Made by a program: the position numbers and the translations under genes. Of a stretch of DNA of 64,000 nt, positions 33,709-41,818 are shown piece by piece. Source of the stretch: Thermodesulfovibrionales bacterium (GTDB taxonomy: Bacteria; Nitrospirota; Thermodesulfovibrionia; Thermodesulfovibrionales; SM23-35); contig JBAQLU010000249.1 in assembly GCA_049302065.1 (NCBI GenBank), forward strand, positions 18,539 to 82,538, given 5' to 3'. Position 1 is the first letter of the stretch. Each line of letters begins with the position of its first letter. The notes beneath the pieces were generated by a model, which saw only the letters and a list, made by a program, of their open reading frames with translations, was not told the origin of the DNA and did not search any database.

Positions 33709-36048
33709 TTAATATACTTCCTTTGCAATATAGCAGATCTCCGGCAAGAGGTATGAGACTAAATCTCTGAAAGTAACCATCCCAATAATCTTTTCCCCTT
33801 CAACAATAGGCAGATGTCTGATATTCTTTCTTAATACGATAGCTATTGCCGAACTTATCTCTGTTGATGGGTCAAAGGTTGTGAGATCGGTTCTCATGAT
33901 ATTCCGTATGACTTCGTCCTCTAAAGATATGCCTTTCACAACACAACGCACGATGTCCCTCTCGGTAAATATCCCCACCAATTTATCATTCTCATCAACA
34001 ATGAATACCCCGCTAACATTCTTTTCACCCATAACTTTTACCGCATCAGAGATCTTCTGATCCTTATGTACGGTTACTACTATTAATGGTTTCGATTTTA
34101 TAATATTTCCCAATATCATCTTGAATCTCCTTTCAAATATGTCTATACTTTTAAAAGATAACTTCAGTTCTTCTTTAAGCCTTACCTGTCTTGGGCTCAT
34201 AAGCATAACTGCATTGACAGGACAGGCACGATAGCATGCCTTGCATTTCGTGCAGTAATCGCGGGCGATAAAGTATTTATCCTTTGTTTCAATAACAGCG
34301 CCAATGGCACATGCGTCTTTGCAGAGTCCACATTTGATGCATTCAGCCTGATTAATCACAAAAATGCCCATGCCGCTGCAGACCTTCGCCCTGCAGTATT
34401 TATCCTTCACATGCTCCTCGTATTCGTCACGGAAATATCGTATCGTTGTAAGAACAGGATTCGGTGCGCTCTGGCCAAGACCGCAGAGAGAGCCTGCTTC
34501 TATAAGCCTTCCAAGCCTATCGAGTCTTTCTATATCCCCTTCCTCACCCTTTCCCGTTGTTATCCTTTCGAGTATCTGCAGCATCTGGTATGTGCCTATT
34601 CTGCAGGGTGGACACTTCCCGCAGGATTCGGACTTGGTGAATGAAAGGAAGAATTTGGCAATATCAACCATGCAGTTGTCTTCATCCATGACAACCATGC
34701 CGCCCGAGCCCATCATCGAACCGACCTTCCGGAGTGAATCGAAATCTACCGGGAGATCAAGGTACTGCGATGGAATGCAGCCTCCGGAAGGACCACCCGT
34801 TTGTACTGCCTTGAATTTCTTATTGTCAATGATACCTCCGCCGATATCAAAAATAATCTCTTTGAGGGTTATCCCCATGGGAACCTCAACAAGCCCTGTA
34901 TTTTTAACCTTGCCTGTAAGGGCGAATACTTTTGTTCCAGGCGAGCCTTCAGTTCCTATACTCCTGAACCAGTCAGCGCCTTTCTCAATAATCGGTGGCA
35001 CACATACATAGGTCTCCACATTATTCAGATTTGCCGGATAGCCCCATGGACCGCCGCCGGGTTCAGAAACCCTTGGAGGACGTGCATGAGGGAAACCCCT
35101 GTTGCCCTCGATAGATGCAATAAGTGCGGTAGCCTCACCACAGACAAACGCACCAGCCCCTTCCTTGATATGAATGATAAAATCAAATCCTGTACCAAGG
35201 ATATTTTTTCCTAAAAGGCCGATCTCCTCTGCTTGCTTGATAGCCGTATTTAAATTCTTGACCGCAAGCGGATACTCATGACGCACATAAATAAAACCGT
35301 AATGTGCGTCAATTGTATAGGCACAGATTATCATGCCTTCAAGCAGGCTGTGCGGGTCGCCTTCCATGATCGACCTGTCCATAAAAGCACCAGGGTCGCC
35401 CTCATCACCATTGGCAATGACCATCTTAATGTTACCTGGAGCCTTTTTCGTATGCGCCCACTTGATGCCGGCAGGGAATCCTGCGCCGCCCCGTCCCCTG
35501 AGATTTGCCTCTTTTACCTCTTCAAGCACCTGTTCAGGACTCATAGAGGAAAATATCTTCTCAACAGCATTATATCCGCCGACAGCAATGTAATGATAGA
35601 TATTACATGGATCTATGTTTCCATTGTTCCTGAGAGCAATCCTCATCTGTTTTTTGTAAAACGGTATACCGTCCATTACTTCAACAGGCTTTTCAAGAAA
35701 AGTGCCTCTGTAGAGTAAATTCCTTACCGGGTAACCTGCCTTATAGGTAATCGGAATAACTCCCTTTATGTTTTCCCGATTTACCTTCTGATAGAAATAA
35801 CCATGGGGCTCAATCTTCATAACCGGACCTTTCTGGCAAATCCCCTGGCAACCTGTTTTTACAACTTCAAGATCAAGGCCATGTTTTACAATCTCTTCCT
35901 CAAGCACATGAACAACATCTCCAGAGCCTGAAGCCGTACAGGCGGTCCCGCAACATATCCTGACCCTGTTTTTTTCCGGATCGAATGTTTCACTGCTTAC
36001 CCGTGACCTCAGCTTCCGGAGATCATCTAAATTGTTAAGCCTCTCCAT
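33709..36048 (-). CDS. NuoF/HydB-like NAD(P)H-FMN iron-sulfur flavoprotein with an N-terminal thioredoxin-like 2Fe-2S domain, a C-terminal 2x[4Fe-4S] ferredoxin domain and a terminal CBS-domain pair (copy 2)
   Basis: 779-aa ORF with RGRGGAGFPAGIKW (NADH/FMN site), ANGDEGDPGAFMDR, ESCGKCPPCRIGT (N3 cluster) and CIKCGLCKDAC/CTKCKACYRACP. The C-terminus is VSGVFIVDENDKLVGIFTERDIVR...IRHLPIVEGEKIIGMVTFRDLV (CBS pair). Confidence 0.88.
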   Translation of the reverse strand: MERLNNLDDLRKLRSRVSSETFDPEKNRVRICCGTACTASGSGDVVHVLEEEIVKHGLDLEVVKTGCQGICQKGPVMKIEPHGYFYQKVNRENIKGVIPITYKAGYPVRNLLYRGTFLEKPVEVMDGIPFYKKQMRIALRNNGNIDPCNIYHYIAVGGYNAVEKIFSSMSPEQVLEEVKEANLRGRGGAGFPAGIKWAHTKKAPGNIKMVIANGDEGDPGAFMDRSIMEGDPHSLLEGMIICAYTIDAHYGFIYVRHEYPLAVKNLNTAIKQAEEIGLLGKNILGTGFDFIIHIKEGAGAFVCGEATALIASIEGNRGFPHARPPRVSEPGGGPWGYPANLNNVETYVCVPPIIEKGADWFRSIGTEGSPGTKVFALTGKVKNTGLVEVPMGITLKEIIFDIGGGIIDNKKFKAVQTGGPSGGCIPSQYLDLPVDFDSLRKVGSMMGSGGMVVMDEDNCMVDIAKFFLSFTKSESCGKCPPCRIGTYQMLQILERITTGKGEEGDIERLDRLGRLIEAGSLCGLGQSAPNPVLTTIRYFRDEYEEHVKDKYCRAKVCSGMGIFVINQAECIKCGLCKDACAIGAVIETKDKYFIARDYCTKCKACYRACPVNAVMLMSPRQVRLKEELKLSFKSIDIFERRFKMILGNIIKSKPLIVVTVHKDQKISDAVKVMGEKNVSGVFIVDENDKLVGIFTERDIVRCVVKGISLEDEVIRNIMRTDLTTFDPSTEISSAIAIVLRKNIRHLPIVEGEKIIGMVTFRDLVSYLLPEICYIAKEVY

Positions 36049-36114
36049 TCTTATTCCTCTTCTACAATTTTATTACTAAGACGGCTATAAGTAAAACAAC
36101 ATGCTTAGTAAATT

Positions 36115-36178
36115 TCTGTCATTCTGGCTTGTCCAGAATCCTTCTGAAGAAAGATTCCCGACAAGCGGGAATGACAGA
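36115..36178. repeat. REP-like long hairpin (GTCATTC...GAATGAC family)
   Basis: The sequence reads tctgtcattctggcttgtccagaatc cttctgaagaaa gattcccgacaagcgggaatgaca ga. It lies between the ferredoxin gene and NuoF-like copy 2. Confidence 0.75.
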
Positions 36179-36229
36179 CGAGTGTCCTTATTAATGACCG
36201 CATTATTAACTCGTCAAATCTATATTTCC

Positions 36230-36823
36230 CTAAACCTTAACCTCAGCCTCAGCCTTAGCCTTTACATCTACTATCTCGATCGCCCCGGTTGGGCATACAT
36301 TAATACATTCACCGCATTTGGTACATCTCTTCAGTCTTATTTCAAAAGGCAGATAACCGCTGAGATACGGTTTTCTCTTTTCCCCGATAATCGCATCATA
36401 TTTACAGACAACCTTACATTCACCGCATATGATACATTTTTCAGGATCAATTCTGTACTCTATAAAGGCAAAGCATTCCTTTTCACGGCATACACCTTCT
36501 ACGTGATTATAAAAGTCATCCGTATCCATCCACCCAAGGATAAACTTTGCCGTGTCTTTACCTTTCTTGCACCGGGAGGCTTCGATCATCCCATGCGCAA
36601 TCCGCTTAAGAGCAAAAAAATCATCTTTCGTACCTCTACCGGACAAAATCTCCTTGAGCCTTATTTTTGCCTCGTAGGCGCCAAATGAGCATGGAAAGCA
36701 CTTTCCACACATGGGATCTGCAAGAAACTGCTCTATATAATACATTGCCTTTTGAACGGGACAACGCTTCTCTTCCGCCTCATTTTTTATGTCTTCCACC
36801 TTTACCTCTTTGTGATCTGACAT
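36230..36823 (-). CDS. Iron-sulfur protein: NuoF-C-terminal-like 4Fe-4S module plus 2x[4Fe-4S] ferredoxin domain
   Basis: 197-aa ORF. MCGKCFPCSFGAYEA resembles the NuoF ESCGxCxPCR cluster motif. CIICGECKVVC and CTKCGECINVCP are classic ferredoxin motifs. Confidence 0.75.
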   Translation of the reverse strand: MSDHKEVKVEDIKNEAEEKRCPVQKAMYYIEQFLADPMCGKCFPCSFGAYEAKIRLKEILSGRGTKDDFFALKRIAHGMIEASRCKKGKDTAKFILGWMDTDDFYNHVEGVCREKECFAFIEYRIDPEKCIICGECKVVCKYDAIIGEKRKPYLSGYLPFEIRLKRCTKCGECINVCPTGAIEIVDVKAKAEAEVKV

Positions 36824-36839
36824 GCTCTCTCCATTAAAT

Positions 36840-39170
36840 TTATTTCGACATGTAGAGAATCTCTGGCAAGAGATAGGAGATCAAATCTCTAAAAGTGATC
36901 ATCCCCACGATCTCACCATGCTCAACAATGAGCAGATGTCTGATATTCTTTCTTAATGCGATAGCTATTGCCGAACTCAACACCATCGAGGGATCAAATG
37001 TTATAAGATCGGTTCTCATAATATTCTGTATTACTTCGTTCTCTAAAGATATGCCTTTCACAACACAACGCACGATGTCCCTCTCGGTAAATATCCCTAC
37101 TAATTTATCCTTCTCATCAACAACGAATACCCCGCTGACATTCTTCTTGCCCATAACCTTTACCGTATCAGAGACCGTCTGATCCTTATGGACGGTTACT
37201 ACTATTAACGGTTTCGATTTTATGATATTCTGTAACGTCATCTTACACCTTCGATCGATCATATCCAGACTTTCGAGCGGCAATTTTAATTCCTCCTCAA
37301 GCCTTATAAGTTTCGGGCTCAGAAGCTTGACTGCATTGACAGGGCAGACATAGTAGCATGCCTTACATCTGGTGCAGTAATCGCGGGCGATGGAGTATTT
37401 ATCCTTTGTTTCAATAATGGCATCAAAGGCACATGCCTCTTTGCAGAGTCCACATTCGATGCATTCAGCCTGGTTGATTTCAAAAATGCCCATGCCGCTG
37501 CAGATCTTCGCTCTGCAGTATTTATCCTTCACATGCTCCTCGTATTCTTCACGGAAATATCGTATCGTTGTAAGAACAGGGTTCGGTGCACTCTGGCCAA
37601 GACCGCAGAGAGAGCCTGCTGCTACGATCTTCCCAAGCCTCTCGAGTCTTTCTATATCCCCTTCCTCACCCTTTCCCGTTGTTATCCTTTCAAGTATCTG
37701 CAGCATCTGGTATGTGCCTATTCTGCAAGGCGGACACTTCCCGCAGGATTCGGACTGGGTGAATGAAAGGAAGAATTTGGCAATATCAACCATGCAGTTG
37801 TCTTCATCCATGACAACCATGCCGCCAGAGCCCATAATGGAACCGACCTTCCGGAGTGAATCGAAATCAACCGGCAGATCGAGATATTGTGTTGGTATGC
37901 ATCCTCCCGAAGGACCACCCGTTTGCACTGCCTTGAATTCCTTATTGTCAATGATACCCCCGCCGATATCAAAAATAATCTCTCTTAGGGTTATCCCCAT
38001 GGGAACCTCGACAAGCCCTGTATTTTTAACCTTGCCGGCGAGGGAAAAAACCTTCGTGCCCGGTGAGCCTTCAGTCCCGATACTCAGAAACCACTCAGCG
38101 CCCTTCTCTATAATGGACGGGACACAGGCATACGTTTCGATATTGTTTAGATTCGAAGGGTATCCCCAGGCCCCACCACCTTTTTCAGAAAGTCGTGGAG
38201 GCCTTGGGTTTGGGAATCCTCGGCCGCCCTCTACAGATGCAACCAGTGCGGTAGATTCACCACATACAAACGCACCTGCACCTTCTCTGATACCAACAGT
38301 AAAATCAAATCCTGTACCAAGGATATTTTTTCCTAAAAGGCCGCTCTCCTCTGCTTGCTCGATAGCCGTTTTCAGAGTTTTAATGGCAAGTGGATATTCA
38401 TGACGGACATAGATAAAACCATAATGTGCGTCAATTACATATGCGCAGATTAGCATGCCTTCAAGCAGGCTATGCGGGTCGCCTTCCATGATCGATCTGT
38501 CCATAAAAGCGCCTGGATCGCCCTCGTCACCATTGGCAATGACCATCTTGATCGCACTTTGAGCCTTTTTCGTATGTGCCCACTTGATGCCGGCAGGGAA
38601 TCCTGCGCCGCCCCGTCCCCTGAGATTTGCCTTTTTTATCTCCTCCAGCACCTGTTCAGGACTCATAGAGGAAAACATCTTCTCAACAGCATTATATCCG
38701 CCTACAGCAATGTAATGATAGATATTAAAGGGATCTATGTTGCCTGTATTTCTGAGTGCAATCTTCAACTGCTTTTTATAAAAGGGCAGTTCTTCCATCA
38801 CCTCAACAGGTTCTTCAAGAAAAGTGCCTCTATAGAGAAGCTCTCTTACCGGATAGCCTGCCTTATATGTGGTCAGAACAATGTCCTTTACATATTTTTG
38901 TTTGACTCTCTGGTAAAAATAACCATGCGGTTCAACCTTCATAACAGGACCGCTTTGACAAAGACCCTGACAACCCGTCTTTACCACTTCAATATCCATA
39001 CCGCTTTTGGAGATGTCTTCTTCTAAGACCTTAATAATTTTATGAGAACCTAAGACACTACAGGGAAGGCCACAGCAGACCCTCAATCTGTCTTTTTTCG
39101 GGTTGAATACTTCTTCGCTCAACCGTGATCTCAGGTTCTTAAGATCGTCTATGCTTTGAAGCCTCCCCAT
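36840..39170 (-). CDS. NuoF/HydB-like NAD(P)H-FMN iron-sulfur flavoprotein with a C-terminal CBS-domain pair (copy 1, tandem paralog of 33709..36048)
   Basis: 776-aa ORF, collinear with copy 2 over its full length and with long stretches of identical residues. It has the same motifs and the same CBS pair. Confidence 0.88.
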   Translation of the reverse strand: MGRLQSIDDLKNLRSRLSEEVFNPKKDRLRVCCGLPCSVLGSHKIIKVLEEDISKSGMDIEVVKTGCQGLCQSGPVMKVEPHGYFYQRVKQKYVKDIVLTTYKAGYPVRELLYRGTFLEEPVEVMEELPFYKKQLKIALRNTGNIDPFNIYHYIAVGGYNAVEKMFSSMSPEQVLEEIKKANLRGRGGAGFPAGIKWAHTKKAQSAIKMVIANGDEGDPGAFMDRSIMEGDPHSLLEGMLICAYVIDAHYGFIYVRHEYPLAIKTLKTAIEQAEESGLLGKNILGTGFDFTVGIREGAGAFVCGESTALVASVEGGRGFPNPRPPRLSEKGGGAWGYPSNLNNIETYACVPSIIEKGAEWFLSIGTEGSPGTKVFSLAGKVKNTGLVEVPMGITLREIIFDIGGGIIDNKEFKAVQTGGPSGGCIPTQYLDLPVDFDSLRKVGSIMGSGGMVVMDEDNCMVDIAKFFLSFTQSESCGKCPPCRIGTYQMLQILERITTGKGEEGDIERLERLGKIVAAGSLCGLGQSAPNPVLTTIRYFREEYEEHVKDKYCRAKICSGMGIFEINQAECIECGLCKEACAFDAIIETKDKYSIARDYCTRCKACYYVCPVNAVKLLSPKLIRLEEELKLPLESLDMIDRRCKMTLQNIIKSKPLIVVTVHKDQTVSDTVKVMGKKNVSGVFVVDEKDKLVGIFTERDIVRCVVKGISLENEVIQNIMRTDLITFDPSMVLSSAIAIALRKNIRHLLIVEHGEIVGMITFRDLISYLLPEILYMSK

Positions 39171-39173
39171 TTT

Positions 39174-39659
39174 TTATTCCTCTTTTATAAGTTTTATTAA
39201 CCTGTCCAGTTTCTTTGTACTTATTTCCCCTTTCACTTCATCGTTTACAGTTGCAACAGGTGCGAGGCCGCAGCATCCGATGCAGCCGACTGTTTCCAGG
39301 GTCATAGCAAAATCTTCAGTTGTTTCACCGGCTTTCACATTGAACCTTTCCTCAACCGTGTTCAGGATCTCCTTAGCACCCCTTACATAACATGCCGTCC
39401 CCATACAAATCTTAACAATCTTTCTTCCCCGCGGTTTGAAATGAAATAGTTTGTAAAAACTCGCGACGCTATAAATTTCTGCGAGCGGGAGATTGAGTTT
39501 CTTCGAAAGATTCCTCAGGACATCCTCGGGTAAATACCCATTGTCCTCCTGAATTTTCTGAAGGACATGTATCAGGATTCCCCTTTTCTTTTCGTCGTTA
39601 CGAAGGATTCGGCCTACCTCACCTATCTGTTCGTTGACGTTAATCTCTTCTACTATCAT
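39174..39659 (-). CDS. NuoE/HydC-like thioredoxin-fold 2Fe-2S subunit
   Basis: The sequence is MIVEEINV...ILIHVLQKIQEDNGYLPEDVLRNLSKKLNLPLAEIYSVASFYKLFHFKPRGRKIVKICMGTACYVRG...CIGCCGLAP. I prefer the ATG at 39659, which has GGAGG 8 nt upstream. The track start at 39827 overlaps cooS and reads through a REP element. Confidence 0.85.
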   Translation of the reverse strand: MIVEEINVNEQIGEVGRILRNDEKKRGILIHVLQKIQEDNGYLPEDVLRNLSKKLNLPLAEIYSVASFYKLFHFKPRGRKIVKICMGTACYVRGAKEILNTVEERFNVKAGETTEDFAMTLETVGCIGCCGLAPVATVNDEVKGEISTKKLDRLIKLIKEE

Positions 39660-39674
39660 TGTGCCTCCAAAATT

Positions 39675-39728
39675 GTAGCCGCAGGCTTCAGCCTGCGATA
39701 ATACACGCACCCTAAAGGGTGCGGCTAC
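39675..39728. repeat. Structured REP-like palindrome, copy 2 (same family as 30343-30396)
   Basis: The sequence reads gtagccgc aggcttcagcct gcgataatacacgc accctaaagggt gcggctac. It fills the cooS-nuoE-like intergenic gap. Confidence 0.8.
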
Positions 39729-39729
39729 A

Positions 39730-41715
39730 CTAATAAATTCCGATATGCGGTTTTGCTGCCCTTTCAATTTCGCGGCGTGCAGCCATATCCATGAGGACCC
39801 TTTCGGCACCGAATTTTCCGGGTTCATACTTTTTCAGTTTCAGTGCCTCCCTCGCCTCATCGATATATTTGAGAGTAAGATCGAGGATTTTTTCAGGATC
39901 CGGCTCAAAGTGAAGTGCTCCCTTGAACCGTTCAAGCCACACCTCCGTTATGATCTTCGTTACTTCTTCACTTGCTCCAACCGGGGACTCACCACCAAAT
40001 ATGACGGGAACACCTGAGGCTGCAAAATAGCAACCGATAGCAATAGCCTTTTCACTCATCCATTCAGGAGCGATACCAACAGCCGGCATCCCACCTATCT
40101 CGTCAGAAAGCCCCCCTTCTTCAGCCATAGCGGTTACTATGGTCAAAATCCTCGAATTATCCACACATGAACCAACGTGAAGGATTGGAGGAATACCTAT
40201 TGCCTCACAAACTTCCTTTAATCCAGGCCCTGCATTCTCCAATGCCATCTCAGGTGTCAGATACCCGGCAGTACTACACGCAGCAGAGCCACAGCCGGTA
40301 GAAACGACCAGTACATCATGCTTGATCAATTCGAGTGCAAGAAAACGGTGAAGTCCCTGCGAAGGGACCCTTGGATTATCACAACCTGCAAGGCCAACAA
40401 CCCCTCGAATTCTCCCTGCTATAATCGCATCATTGAGCGGTCTGAACGATGCCCTCCAAGAACCACCCTGCATGTATTCGATATATTCGTGCGAAAACCC
40501 TGCTATTAACGGAAACTTATCTGAAATATGGCTACCTTCTGCTTTTCTGTTGGCATAGTTGTCAATAGCGAGCTTGACAATCTCCCGAGCGATTTCTTTT
40601 GCTCTATGCTCATCATATTGAATATGAATAGCGCCTGGGATTTTTGCTTTATAAGAAGTAGTTATTACCTTTGTATGGAACTTTTTTGAAAGTTCTGCTA
40701 TAGCAGGCATTATGCACTGCACATCAACTGTTATTGCATCAACAAGTCCTGTCAAAATTGCCAGTTCCTGATTTGTAAAACCTCCTGCCGTTGGAATGCC
40801 GTGCCTCATCAACAATTCATTTGCAGTACAACACATTCCCCCAAGATTGATGCCTTTTGCACCTTTTGATTTCGCATATTCGATCATCTCCGGTTCATTG
40901 ACTACATTTACGATTACCTCTGCCAGTGAAGGCTCATGTCCATGAACCACGAGGTTGACTTCATCTTCTTTGAATATTCCAAAACCTGCCTCTGCCTTTA
41001 CAGGTTTAGGAGTTCCAAAGAGGATATCGGTAATATCTGACGAGATCATGGACCCGCCCCACCCATCAGCGAGGGAAACCTTGAGCGCACTCAGAAGAAG
41101 ATTGTCAGGGTCATGGTCAACACCCATGTTCGTACGGTGCATTGACTCTGCTATTTCTCGATCTATGCCTCTTGGAGTTATCCCCCACTTCTTCCACCTT
41201 TCCTGCGTCTTCTTGGGCGCCCGTTTTATATAATTCAGCTCACCTTTCTGACGTCTGAAATCCTCAAGGAGTTTCATTGCTACATCCCTGGCAACATCAT
41301 TGACAGAACGACCTTCGAACTCTATTTCAAGGATTCCTGCGATCTTATATAGCTTTTTTACATCGGTTATCCTAAAATCACTTGCTTCTCCATTTGCAAC
41401 TGCAAGTAATGTAAAAGCCATATCCCGAGCGTGGTCTGAATGTGCTGCTGCACCTGCTACAGCCATTCGCACAAGATTTCTTGAAGCAACTGTCGGGAGC
41501 GTTGCTCCACATACCCCCCTTGCTTCCTCCTCTGCGTTCTGGCCAACAAACCTGCATGGTCCTATATGGCATGTCCTGCAACATGCACCACTAGATCCGA
41601 TAGGGCACGGTTTCATTTTTTGTGCCCTGTCAAAGCACGTCTCTATCTCTTGGGATTCGCTCCACTCGATAATCTTCTCTGCAGCCTCGTTTGCACTTTT
41701 TATAATCTTATCCAT
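39730..41715 (-). CDS. cooS: Anaerobic Ni-Fe carbon monoxide dehydrogenase catalytic subunit
   Basis: 661-aa ORF. It has the N-terminal cluster motifs CPIGSSGACCRTCHIGPCR and GVCGA and is collinear with the CooS/AcsA family. It sits directly downstream of acsB. Confidence 0.9.
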   Translation of the reverse strand: MDKIIKSANEAAEKIIEWSESQEIETCFDRAQKMKPCPIGSSGACCRTCHIGPCRFVGQNAEEEARGVCGATLPTVASRNLVRMAVAGAAAHSDHARDMAFTLLAVANGEASDFRITDVKKLYKIAGILEIEFEGRSVNDVARDVAMKLLEDFRRQKGELNYIKRAPKKTQERWKKWGITPRGIDREIAESMHRTNMGVDHDPDNLLLSALKVSLADGWGGSMISSDITDILFGTPKPVKAEAGFGIFKEDEVNLVVHGHEPSLAEVIVNVVNEPEMIEYAKSKGAKGINLGGMCCTANELLMRHGIPTAGGFTNQELAILTGLVDAITVDVQCIMPAIAELSKKFHTKVITTSYKAKIPGAIHIQYDEHRAKEIAREIVKLAIDNYANRKAEGSHISDKFPLIAGFSHEYIEYMQGGSWRASFRPLNDAIIAGRIRGVVGLAGCDNPRVPSQGLHRFLALELIKHDVLVVSTGCGSAACSTAGYLTPEMALENAGPGLKEVCEAIGIPPILHVGSCVDNSRILTIVTAMAEEGGLSDEIGGMPAVGIAPEWMSEKAIAIGCYFAASGVPVIFGGESPVGASEEVTKIITEVWLERFKGALHFEPDPEKILDLTLKYIDEAREALKLKKYEPGKFGAERVLMDMAARREIERAAKPHIGIY

Positions 41716-41731
41716 AAAACCTCCAAAATCT

Positions 41732-41812
41732 AATCAGGATTTGAGGAGTCAAGGGGCCCAGGGTTCAAGTGTTCATTTCTCTTTTAACTCGAAACCTTGA
41801 ATCCTTGACCAC
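41732..41812. repeat. Inverted short-repeat array (CAAGG-type units) in the acsB-cooS intergenic gap
   Basis: The sequence reads aatcaggatttgaggagtcaaggggcccagggttcaagtg ...loop... ctcgaaaccttgaatccttgaccac. Confidence 0.75.
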
Positions 41813-41818
41813 TATTCT

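Noticed and set aside
39660-39827. N-terminal extension of the NuoE-like ORF, which overlaps cooS by ~100 nt.
   Set aside because: The extension reads through the cooS 3' end and a REP element. The internal ATG at 39659 has a GGAGG RBS and gives a normal-length NuoE-like protein.
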